Shown here: positions 51,226-59,907 of the stretch, in pieces
Layout: each line of letters opens with the position of its first letter
Position numbering within the stretch: position 1 is the first letter of the stretch
DNA from: Candidatus Woesearchaeota archaeon
GTDB lineage: Archaea; Nanobdellota; Nanobdellia; Woesearchaeales; UBA9642
Reading direction: 5' to 3'
DNA length: 64,000 bases
Assembly (NCBI GenBank): GCA_038895475.1
Contig: JAWANI010000001.1
Location: forward strand, 52,387-116,386
The notes under the pieces: model-generated
The model's database searches: none
Seen by the model: only the letters and a program-made list of their open reading frames with translations
What the model was told of the DNA's origin: nothing
Program-made: the position numbers and the translations under genes

Positions 51226-51531
51226 TCACTGATTGCCTCTGCCCATTTTATTTAATGGTCTGGCTTCAATTTCAGTTTCTCTAAGCATCAATATGTCTCC
51301 TACCTGCACAGGACCTCTTACATTTCTTCTCATTGTTTTATTTTTATCCCTACCTTCAAGTATTTTTACTCTTACCTGTGTTGCTTCTCCCCTAGTTCCT
51401 GTTCGTCCTATTATTTCTTCAACTTTTGCGGGTACCGCTTGTGTGAAGTTTACTGCGCCTTTTATTTCTGTAGGTATTTGAACATTTTCTAAGCCTTTTA
51501 ATGGTTTTTTTTGTGGTTTATTACTACCCAT
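51226..51531 (-). CDS. rps28e: 30S ribosomal protein S28e with N-terminal extension
   Basis: [14 protein letters not shown]...[19 protein letters not shown]. Confidence 0.95.
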   Translation of the reverse strand: MGSNKPQKKPLKGLENVQIPTEIKGAVNFTQAVPAKVEEIIGRTGTRGEATQVRVKILEGRDKNKTMRRNVRGPVQVGDILMLRETEIEARPLNKMGRGNQ

Positions 51532-51542
51532 TTTTCACCTAT

Positions 51543-51845
51543 TTATTCTTTAAGTATGCTTTTTGCATCCCCTGCATCTATTATTGCTACTGCTGCCGTG
51601 GGTTTTGTCAATCCTGCAGCAACACCCAATTCTTCTTTGCTTGGTACTTCAAAAGCAGGTATTCCTTTTTCTTTTGCTAATAATGGTAAATGCATTACGA
51701 TTTCTTTAGGATTAACATCAGAAGCATATACGACTGCTACAGCTTGTCCTCTTTCAAGCATTTTTGTAACTTCATTTGTTCCTTTTTTTATTTTTCCTGT
51801 TTTTCTTGCTATTTCAACGATTTCATAACCCTTATTTTCAGCCAT
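51543..51845 (-). CDS. rpl7ae: Ribosomal protein L7Ae
   Basis: KKGTNEVTK, DVNPKEIVMHLP, ELGVAAG; start MAENK follows GGAGG SD. Confidence 0.96.
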   Translation of the reverse strand: MAENKGYEIVEIARKTGKIKKGTNEVTKMLERGQAVAVVYASDVNPKEIVMHLPLLAKEKGIPAFEVPSKEELGVAAGLTKPTAAVAIIDAGDAKSILKE

Positions 51846-51847
51846 TT

Positions 51848-51900
51848 TATCCTCCGGTATTAGAAATAATACCTCATTCAGCTTTCGCTTCATTAATCAC
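51848..51900 (-). promoter_or_regulatory. rpl7ae leader with k-turn-like motif and SD-proximal hairpin
   Basis: Minus strand AAU-GA-AGC-GAAA-GCU-GA (tandem G.A pairs) followed by GGUAUUA/UAAUACC hairpin and GGAGG. Confidence 0.65.
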
Positions 51901-52073
51901 TGGTTTGCTATTGGGAAAAAATATTTGTTTATAAATATTTTTGTTATTATAAATATTTTATGTTAATATTTTTGTCTGAATGTGTAAATGGATAAGTTTT
52001 TATATGTGTTAATTTTTTTATATAAAAGATATATTATGTGTTTGAAGTATATTGTGTATTCGGGGTGATTGTA

Positions 52074-52745
52074 ATGAACTTAAAATATGGTATTTTATTA
52101 TTGTTTTTGAGTATTTTTATTGTTGCGTGTACTTCGCAGTCAGAGATTAATTCTGATGAGCCTCAGGAAGTTCAAAGCGAGATTCAAATTCGGGAAGGCG
52201 TTCAAGATAAAGTTTCTGATGCGGAATCTGGTTTGAATTCAGAAAAAATGTCTTTGAATAAAATATATAATTATGGTTCTGTTTCTAAGTTTACATATGA
52301 TGTAATTGTAAGTGTTAATAGTGAAACTATGAAAAGCACTTTCGATTATGCTTTGAGTTCTGATGTTGTTGATGGAAAAGAAGCATGGCTTTCAGTTGCT
52401 GAGATGGATGTTCAAGGGTCTAAAATATTGTCTAAAGTTTGGATTGATAAAATCACTTTTGGTTGTTTAAAATCAGTCAATGTAGTTAATTTTAATGGCA
52501 GAGTTATGGAGAATTCAGCAGAGTGTCCTAAAGAAGGTCCTAATGCTGTATCTTCATATGATAAAACTCCTGAACTTGAATATATTGGAATGGAAAGTGT
52601 TACTGTTCCTTTAGGATCTTTTAATGCTAAGAAGTATGTTTTAGATAATACAATTATTTATTGGTATGTCGAAAGTATCCCTATTCCTTTAAAGGTAGTT
52701 TATACTAATTCAGGTACTACCATGGAATTAGTTAGATGGAGTTGA
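52074..52745 (+). CDS. Putative lipoprotein
   Basis: GGGGTGA SD, lipobox IVAC, ESVTVPLGSFNAKKY beta-rich C-terminus. Confidence 0.75.
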   Translation: MNLKYGILLLFLSIFIVACTSQSEINSDEPQEVQSEIQIREGVQDKVSDAESGLNSEKMSLNKIYNYGSVSKFTYDVIVSVNSETMKSTFDYALSSDVVDGKEAWLSVAEMDVQGSKILSKVWIDKITFGCLKSVNVVNFNGRVMENSAECPKEGPNAVSSYDKTPELEYIGMESVTVPLGSFNAKKYVLDNTIIYWYVESIPIPLKVVYTNSGTTMELVRWS

Positions 52746-52776
52746 AAAAGTTAGATGAGTTGATTAGATGAGTTGA
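52731..52776 (+). repeat. Short tandem repeat TTAGATG(G)AGTTGA x3
   Basis: Copies at about 52732, 52751 and 52764; the first overlaps the stop of the lipoprotein gene. Confidence 0.7.
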
Positions 52777-52803
52777 GGACTTAATAACTTTTTTATAGAA
52801 ATA

Positions 52804-53154
52804 TTATTTTTTTCTTTTTACCAAATTTTGTTTATCTATTATTGTTGATTGATTGGTATGACCGCAATCACATATTATTGGGAATGTATCTGTAAATAGT
52901 ATTTCCCCACATTTTTCGCAGTTAAAGCCAAATACTTCATTTGGTATTTTTATATCGAACTCTTCTAAACTAAAATCTTGTAGAAATATTTCGGGGTTTT
53001 TCTTAGGTTTTTGTATCTCTTTTGTTACTTCTAATATGCCTTCTGTTAAACATGATAAACATATATTTAATTCCCCTTTAGCATACGTTGTGTTAAATAT
53101 TACTGTTTCGTTGCTTGTGGTTCCACACATATCACACATTTTAAGTGGATTCAT
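52804..53154 (-). CDS. Double zinc-ribbon protein
   Basis: CDMC...CLSC and CEKC...CDCG. Confidence 0.7.
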   Translation of the reverse strand: MNPLKMCDMCGTTSNETVIFNTTYAKGELNICLSCLTEGILEVTKEIQKPKKNPEIFLQDFSLEEFDIKIPNEVFGFNCEKCGEILFTDTFPIICDCGHTNQSTIIDKQNLVKRKK

Positions 53155-53523
53155 ATAAATCAGTATACTAAAATATATACTAATATATAAATGTTTTGTT
53201 ATTATGTATTAGGAACAAATAAGAAATTTATAAATTTTTAAATGACTTATATGTAAACTATATGTGAAAATATAAAATACATATAAAAAAAGTAGTAAAA
53301 AATAATCATAGTATAAGTTAATATAATATCTGTTCAATAAAATTCTTACTTTTACGATGGGAATAGGGGTTTCCTAAATTGTAGAAGGGGGAAAATCTCC
53401 TAGCCGTTCTATTCAAATTCCTTAATTTAAAAAATTCAAAATCGAAATATATATATATCTTTTAATAAAATGTAGTAGACTAGTATTGTTTGAAATAAAA
53501 AAAATCAAGGAGGGACAACAAAA

Positions 53524-53883
53524 ATGAAAAAAAAGTATTTGATAGGAAGTCTTCTTCTGTTTGGGATTTTGATGTCAAGTTTGTTTGTTTCTGCTGGATG
53601 GTTTGATTGGCTTTTTAGTAAAGATACTAATTTAGTTGGGCAGGCATACAAATATACCCTGCCTGTAAAAGAAAAAGTAAAATGTGTATTCCAAGATTCG
53701 ACAACAACACAGGTTTGTTCATCTGATAAAGGTAGTTGTAGTGGTGTTGATGTATGTATAGTTGATGTTTCAGGTAAGAAAGGGGAGCAAGTTACATGGA
53801 AAAGTACGTGTGGTGGATATGCTTATACAGTAATGGATGGACAGAATGACTATGCTAAATTTAAGTGTGCTTTAGTGAAATAA
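53524..53883 (+). CDS. Small secreted Cys-rich protein
   Basis: GGAGG SD, signal peptide, GWFDWLF, six Cys. Confidence 0.75.
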   Translation: MKKKYLIGSLLLFGILMSSLFVSAGWFDWLFSKDTNLVGQAYKYTLPVKEKVKCVFQDSTTTQVCSSDKGSCSGVDVCIVDVSGKKGEQVTWKSTCGGYAYTVMDGQNDYAKFKCALVK

Positions 53884-53950
53884 AAAAACATCTTTCTTTT
53901 TTTATTTTTATTTTTTTCTTATGTGGAGATTTTCTTTTTAATGTATTTCT

Positions 53951-54244
53951 GGATTGGGCTTCGCCATCGATTAATGGAAACCTCATAAAATATAGCCTGC
54001 TATCGCAGGATTGATTGGAAACGAAAATTTTACTTTGCGGACGCAAGTTTCCAGAACTCCGCTTCGCTCGTAGCTGGAAACGAACTTTAACAGGAATTTA
54101 ACGACTTCACTTTGCTCGCCACTTCGTAGTTTCGCTCCGTTCCGTCCAAATTTTGCTCACGAGGAAACCTCGCCCTCGAGCTTACGCTCAGGAGTGGCTC
54201 GGTTTCATCTCTGTTCGCAAAACTTCGTTAAATTCCGATGTTAA
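53951..54244. other. GC-rich multi-hairpin element ending in an attC-like imperfect inverted repeat (54087-54244)
   Basis: TTAACA-GGAATTTAACGA...TCGTTAAATTCC-GA-TGTTAA; nested hairpins GTTTCCAG/CTGGAAAC, CCTGC/GCAGG, TTTTGC/GCAAAA, GAAACC/GGTTTC. Confidence 0.6.
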
Positions 54245-54310
54245 TAAAAAATATTATAATATTAAAATAATAATAGTAAATAATAAATAGTAGCTATAAA
54301 CCATATTATT

Positions 54311-55198
54311 ATGCTTTTAATATCTGCGATAATAACAGTTGTTGCGTTAATATTAGGTTCAATAACTGATTTTAAAAAAAGAGAAGTTCCAGATTATTTA
54401 AGTTATTCATTAATATTCATAGGATTTGGGATATCAATAATATACTCAATACTTTTTGATAGCAAATATATTCTTCAGACACTACAAGGTTTTGCAATAG
54501 GAATGGCTCTTGCATATGCAATGTTTTATCTAGGTCAATGGGGGGGAGGAGATAGCAAAATACTTATTGGAGTAGGAACAATGCTTGGTTTTAATATTTT
54601 TAATGCAATAGGGGAAAAAAACTTTCTTTTATTAATATTCTTAGGGGGAATAATAATAATAGGTTCAATCTACGGATTGTTTTTTAGTGCGTATTTGGCA
54701 ATAAAAAATAAGAAAAAATTCCTGCAAAGCGCCAAATTTTGGATGGAAAAAAAATATGTAAAGATATCCAGAAGAATATTGTTGGTATTTACATCCATAT
54801 GTCTTTTATTAATTATTTTGATTGTTCCTAATGATTATAAATCTTTGTTATTACCGATGGTTGCAGTTTTATTTTTTATTTTTTATATTTGGCTATTTGT
54901 AAAAATAGTTGAAGAAAGTTGTATGATAAAGAAAATCTCTGTGGATAAATTAACAGAAGGCGACTGGATTAATGAAAATATATATATTAAGAATAAGTTA
55001 ATTGTCGGTCCAAAAAACTTAGGAATAAGTAAGGAACAAATAAGAATATTAAAAAAGAACAATATAAAATATGTACTGGTAAAAGAAGGAATACCATTTA
55101 TACCTGTATTTTTATTATCTTTTATTTTAACGCTTCTAATAAATTATTTCGATTTATTAAATTTGGGTGTTGTTTTTTTAATCAATATTTTAAATTAA
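54311..55198 (+). CDS. Prepilin peptidase (A24 family, FlaK/EppA-like)
   Basis: SITDFKKREVPD, WGGGDSK, LTEGDWI, GIPFIP. Confidence 0.9.
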   Translation: MLLISAIITVVALILGSITDFKKREVPDYLSYSLIFIGFGISIIYSILFDSKYILQTLQGFAIGMALAYAMFYLGQWGGGDSKILIGVGTMLGFNIFNAIGEKNFLLLIFLGGIIIIGSIYGLFFSAYLAIKNKKKFLQSAKFWMEKKYVKISRRILLVFTSICLLLIILIVPNDYKSLLLPMVAVLFFIFYIWLFVKIVEESCMIKKISVDKLTEGDWINENIYIKNKLIVGPKNLGISKEQIRILKKNNIKYVLVKEGIPFIPVFLLSFILTLLINYFDLLNLGVVFLINILN

Positions 55199-55242
55199 AA
55201 TTTAATTTATAGGAAATTTGATTTATAGAATTTTGCAAGATA

Positions 55243-55869
55243 TTATGGTATTCTTTCAAAACTTTTTAGCCAATAATTTACTTTTTTTTGTTCTTCACTC
55301 TTATTAATTTTATTTGTAGATACTTCGTTTTTCTTAATTTTTTCTTCATTAGATTCTTTATTTGATTCTTGCTGTGTTTTATTATTTTTTGATTCATCCG
55401 CTGTTAAATAATTATTTTTATTTTCTATATTATTATAATCGCTATTATTAATGTTTTTTTTATCTTCATATAATATATTTTCAGATATTATTCTTTGCAT
55501 ATTATCTAATGATTCATTAGAAGACTGTTTTGTGTCCCATTCTAGCATTAATCCGTCATTTTCCCTTCTAGGTATTATGTCAATGCAAAAATGCGGTATC
55601 TCCTGACCTGCAGAAGTGCCGTTATTGATTAAAATGTTTGTTCCATTAATGTTCATTGTAGAATAAAGAATCATAGAAACTTTATTGGCCGCATTAATCA
55701 AGTATTCTGATTCTTCATCTGAGAGCTGTTCAAGTATTGTAATGTGTTTTTTAGGAAATATTTGTATGTGTCCAGAAGTAATTGACTTTTGTGCAACACT
55801 AACTATTATTTTTTCATTACTATATATTATGTTTTTTGATTTATCATCATCACATATTATGCAACTCAT
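55243..55869 (-). CDS. HIT-family protein, degenerate triad (HFCID)
   Basis: CIIC, GHIQIFPKKH, NNGTSAGQEIPHFCIDIIPRR. Confidence 0.85.
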   Translation of the reverse strand: MSCIICDDDKSKNIIYSNEKIIVSVAQKSITSGHIQIFPKKHITILEQLSDEESEYLINAANKVSMILYSTMNINGTNILINNGTSAGQEIPHFCIDIIPRRENDGLMLEWDTKQSSNESLDNMQRIISENILYEDKKNINNSDYNNIENKNNYLTADESKNNKTQQESNKESNEEKIKKNEVSTNKINKSEEQKKVNYWLKSFERIP

Positions 55870-56444
55870 TTGAAATACTCCGTTATTTTATCTAAATCTA
55901 TTTTTTGCTGTTTATTTTGTTTTTTAGTAGTTTTTTCTTCAGATTTTTCTTTTGTGTTTGATGTTTGAGAGGTTTCTTTACCAAAAACTTTAATTAATTC
56001 TTTTTTTAATATGCTTTTTATTTTTTCTTTCTTTTCATCAGTAATCTCATAGGTTTGCAAATTAAATATTCCGTCATTTGCCCTTCTAGGAATGACATGT
56101 ATTAATATGTGCGGTGATTTTTGTCCTGCAGCAACACCGTTTGCTATAAAAACAGAAGTGCCGCCTGTCTGGAATGTTTTTAGTAATGTTTTGGACATTA
56201 AAGTAACTATTTTAAATATATGTGCAAGAAGACTTTCAGGAATTTGAGGCGATATCCTATAATGTTTTTTTGGATATACCAAGATGTGTCCTTCAGATGC
56301 AGGATTTATATCTAATATGCATATCACTTTATCATCTTCATGAATTATTTTTGAAGGAATCTTTTTTTCTGCAATCTTACAGAATATACAATTTTGTCTT
56401 TGCAACTCCATCATTTCTTCCTGAGACATTTCTAATTCGTCCAT
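55866..56444 (-). CDS. HIT-family protein, degenerate triad (HILIH)
   Basis: CIFCKI, LDINP, GHILVYPKKH, NGVAAGQKSPHILIHVIPRR. Confidence 0.88.
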   Translation of the reverse strand: MDELEMSQEEMMELQRQNCIFCKIAEKKIPSKIIHEDDKVICILDINPASEGHILVYPKKHYRISPQIPESLLAHIFKIVTLMSKTLLKTFQTGGTSVFIANGVAAGQKSPHILIHVIPRRANDGIFNLQTYEITDEKKEKIKSILKKELIKVFGKETSQTSNTKEKSEEKTTKKQNKQQKIDLDKITEYFK

Positions 56445-56755
56445 ATTGCTAAATAATATGTATTGTATTTAAATTTATTGGAGAATGATTATTAAATTTT
56501 TAAAATAATAATAATATTGATGCTTATTTTTTCATAAGGTTAAACTTTGATTTTATTTTGATACTTTTTTAATAGTAATTATTTATCAAAATATTTATAA
56601 ATATAGTTTATAGGTTATTAAGATGGTTTTTCATTAATTATATTATGTTGAAAATGATCGAGATTTAAAAAATAATGGTATTAGTGTATTATTACTTAAC
56701 ATTATTGCATTATTATTTAAAGCATTTATATCATCAAAATTAGCATAAAAAAGAG

Positions 56756-59458
56756 GTGTTTTTATTGTATTATGATGAGTCTGTAAAAGATGTATTTTTA
56801 AGATTAAATACAGATAGTAAAGGTATTAGTGATAAAGAGGCAAGCTTTAGATTAAGTAAATATGGCTTTAATGAAATAGGAGATAAAACAAAAACAAGTA
56901 TTTTTAAGATACTTCTTAATCAGTTTAAAAATTTTTTAATAATAATGCTTATTTTTGCTTCTATATTAAGTTTATCTTTGGGAGAGCTTCCTGATTTTAT
57001 AGGAATAGTTTGTATCATTACTTTAACTGTTCTTCTTGGATTTATACAGGAATATCGTGCAGAAAAAGCAATAGAGTCTTTGAAAAAAATTGCAGCACCC
57101 TACGCAAAAGTTATTCGAGATGGAGAGGAGAAAAAAATACCTGCCAAGGAATTGGTTGTTGGAGACATTGTTGTTTTAGAAGAGGGAGATGTTGTTCCTG
57201 CAGACCTAAGATTAACAGAGGTTTTTGAATTAAAGATTGATGAAAGTTCTCTTACAGGGGAAAGTAATCCCGTGTTTAAGAAAACAGAACCAATTAAAGA
57301 GAATGTCATTGTTAATGATCAAACAAACATGGCTTTCATGGGGACAGTCGTTACATTTGGGAAAGGCAAGGGTGTCGTCGTCAATACAGGAATGAATACC
57401 GAATTTGGAAAAATAGCTTCATCAATAGGTGAAATAGACGAACAAACAACACCTTTACAGGAAAAGTTTGAAAAAATGGCAAAACAATTAACAATAATAG
57501 TTTTGTCATTGGTTGTTTTAGTTTTCTTAATGGGTATGTTAACATTAAAAATAAGCCTTTTAACATTATTTTTGTTTTCTTTAAGCTTAGCAGTTGCTGC
57601 TGTGCCTAGTAGTTTACCTGCAATAGTAACCATAAGTTTAGGCTTGGGTGCAAAAAGACTTGCAACTAAAAACATGATTGTTAAAAGGCTTCCGGCTGCA
57701 GAAAGTTTAGGATCAGTAACTGTCATATGTTCAGACAAAACAGGTACAATAACAAAAAATCAAATGACAGTCACAAAAATATATTATAATAATAGAATAA
57801 TAGATGTAACAGGTGCAGGTTATGAACCTAAGGGAGAGTTTTACATTGGAAACAAAAAGTTATCTGATAAAGAACTATCAAACTTGGAAATATTATTTAG
57901 AATAGGATATTTATGTAATAATTCTAAACTGGTGTATGATAAAAGATGGTCTATTATCGGTGACAGTACTGAAGGAAGTTTAATTGTTCTTGCAAAAAAA
58001 TTTTCGGAAGAAAAATATTTTGAAGATAATTTCAATAAATTATATGAGCTGGCTTTTGATTCAGACAGAAAATTAATGTCTGTCATATATGAAAATTTGA
58101 AATCCAAAAAAACTGAAGCATATGTTAAAGGCGCCCCAGATATGCTTTTAGATGCATGTGATAAAATTTTAATTAATGGAAAAATTAGAAAAATAACAAA
58201 AAAAGACAAGGATGAAATTTTAAGACAAAACAATTTATTTGCAGAACAATCTTTAAGGGTGTTGGGATTAGCTTACAGAGAAATAAATACAAAAAAATAT
58301 TCTGTTAAAAATGTTGAAAATCAATTAGTGTTTGTTGGTTTAGTCGGAATGATTGATCCGCCAAGAGACAATATTAGTGAGGCAATAGCACAATGCAAAG
58401 AAGCAGGAATAAAGGTTGTGATGATAACAGGAGATCATCCGACAACAGCTAAAGCCATAGCAAAACAAATTGGTTTATTACAAGAAGGAGACATAGTAAT
58501 GACTGGATCTGAACTTAATAATCTTTCTGATAAAGAGCTTGGGGAGCAAATAGAAAGCATAAGAATAATTGCCAGGGCTATGCCAATACAGAAGACAAGA
58601 ATAGTTGATGCTTTGCAGAAAAAAGGCCATGTTGTTGCAATGACCGGTGATGGTGTAAATGATGCTCCAGCATTAAAAAAAGCAGATGTAGGAATAGCCA
58701 TGGGAATAACAGGAACTGATGTAAGCAAGGAAGTTGCGAAAACAATACTTGTGGATGATAATTTTAATACAATAGTTAATGCTGTTTCAGAAGGAAGAAC
58801 AATATATGATAAAATAATAAAATCAACCAAATATTTATTAGCATGCAATGTTGGGGAAATTGTTTCTGTATTATTAGCAATATTATTAAGATTTCCTTTG
58901 CCTTTATTGCCATTGCAAATATTATTAATGAACTTATTAACAGATGGAATACCTGCATTAGGATTAGGTTCAGAAGCTGCAGAAGATGATGTTATGAGAA
59001 GACCTCCAAGAGATCCTAAAGATAATCCGATAACAAGAGAAATGCTATATCTTATATTAATATTTGGTTTTGCAATGGGAATCGGGACTATTTTTGTTTT
59101 TTCAATATATCTAGACAAGGGTTTGCCTTATGCACAAACAATGGCATTTACCACATTAGTAATGTTTGAAATGTTTGCAGTAATGTCTGCCCGTTCATTT
59201 GCCAGTTTTAAGAAGATAAATCCTTTAAGCAATAAATGGTTGGCACTGGCAATATTAAGTTCAGTATCATTGCAATTAGCCGTAATATATATAGCGCCTT
59301 TACAGAAAATATTTGGCACAGTAAGCATAGGTTTAAATGATTGGATTGTTATTTTAATAGTGGCATCATTCGGGTTTATATTAATGGAAATAAGCAAATT
59401 TTTTGTTAAGGAACATTTTAAAGAAAAAAATATAAACAAAGAGACAATACCCTCATAA
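56756..59458 (+). CDS. P-type ATPase, type IIA-like (second paralogue)
   Basis: LTGES, SDKTGT, KGAP, MIDPPR, TGDGVNDAPAL, NLLTDG; TM4 reads VPSSLP. Confidence 0.95.
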   Translation: MFLLYYDESVKDVFLRLNTDSKGISDKEASFRLSKYGFNEIGDKTKTSIFKILLNQFKNFLIIMLIFASILSLSLGELPDFIGIVCIITLTVLLGFIQEYRAEKAIESLKKIAAPYAKVIRDGEEKKIPAKELVVGDIVVLEEGDVVPADLRLTEVFELKIDESSLTGESNPVFKKTEPIKENVIVNDQTNMAFMGTVVTFGKGKGVVVNTGMNTEFGKIASSIGEIDEQTTPLQEKFEKMAKQLTIIVLSLVVLVFLMGMLTLKISLLTLFLFSLSLAVAAVPSSLPAIVTISLGLGAKRLATKNMIVKRLPAAESLGSVTVICSDKTGTITKNQMTVTKIYYNNRIIDVTGAGYEPKGEFYIGNKKLSDKELSNLEILFRIGYLCNNSKLVYDKRWSIIGDSTEGSLIVLAKKFSEEKYFEDNFNKLYELAFDSDRKLMSVIYENLKSKKTEAYVKGAPDMLLDACDKILINGKIRKITKKDKDEILRQNNLFAEQSLRVLGLAYREINTKKYSVKNVENQLVFVGLVGMIDPPRDNISEAIAQCKEAGIKVVMITGDHPTTAKAIAKQIGLLQEGDIVMTGSELNNLSDKELGEQIESIRIIARAMPIQKTRIVDALQKKGHVVAMTGDGVNDAPALKKADVGIAMGITGTDVSKEVAKTILVDDNFNTIVNAVSEGRTIYDKIIKSTKYLLACNVGEIVSVLLAILLRFPLPLLPLQILLMNLLTDGIPALGLGSEAAEDDVMRRPPRDPKDNPITREMLYLILIFGFAMGIGTIFVFSIYLDKGLPYAQTMAFTTLVMFEMFAVMSARSFASFKKINPLSNKWLALAILSSVSLQLAVIYIAPLQKIFGTVSIGLNDWIVILIVASFGFILMEISKFFVKEHFKEKNINKETIPS

Positions 59459-59853
59459 TGCAAAATATTAAAATAGATGACATTTTAAAGACTTTAAAAA
59501 ATAATCAATTAGAACTTAGAAAAGATAATAATATAGGTTTGCGTGAATGGATTCATGAAGCATGGATGCACCATTCTGAATTGAATGTAGAGTTGAAAAA
59601 TTTAAGAAGAATTTTAGAATTAAACAGTTCTAAAAACTCAGAATTTTACAATAAGGAACACATTGTCAGAGAATTAAACAGAATAGTAAATGATGCAAAT
59701 GTACAAATAAAAATATTAAAAAACAAGTATTATAAAAAATTTGATATAACTGAGTTGGATAAAGATCCACTTGAAAGTACTGTTTTAACTTATATAGAAA
59801 TTAATTCTCAGCTAATGAAAAAATTAGAAGAATTATTGAGTATTATCAAATAA
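59458..59853 (+). CDS. Hypothetical helical protein
   Basis: TAATG stop/start coupling with the ATPase gene. Confidence 0.6.
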   Translation: MQNIKIDDILKTLKNNQLELRKDNNIGLREWIHEAWMHHSELNVELKNLRRILELNSSKNSEFYNKEHIVRELNRIVNDANVQIKILKNKYYKKFDITELDKDPLESTVLTYIEINSQLMKKLEELLSIIK

Positions 59854-59907
59854 TTTTTATGCATTATATAATAAGATATTATCGTATAATTTATTATATG
59901 TTTTAAA

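Noticed and set aside
51846..51893. N-terminal extension of L7Ae given by the ORF track
   Set aside because: A GGAGG SD precedes MAENK at 51845; the region is better explained as a structured leader
53861..54046. 61-aa minus-strand ORF
   Set aside because: Lies across the structured element and a T-tract; no SD or recognisable domain
53951..54244. RNase P RNA or SRP RNA as the identity of the GC-rich element
   Set aside because: GAGGAAACCTCGCCC resembles the RNase P P4 5' strand, but no 3' P4 partner follows; no SRP helix-8 motif found on either strand by eye
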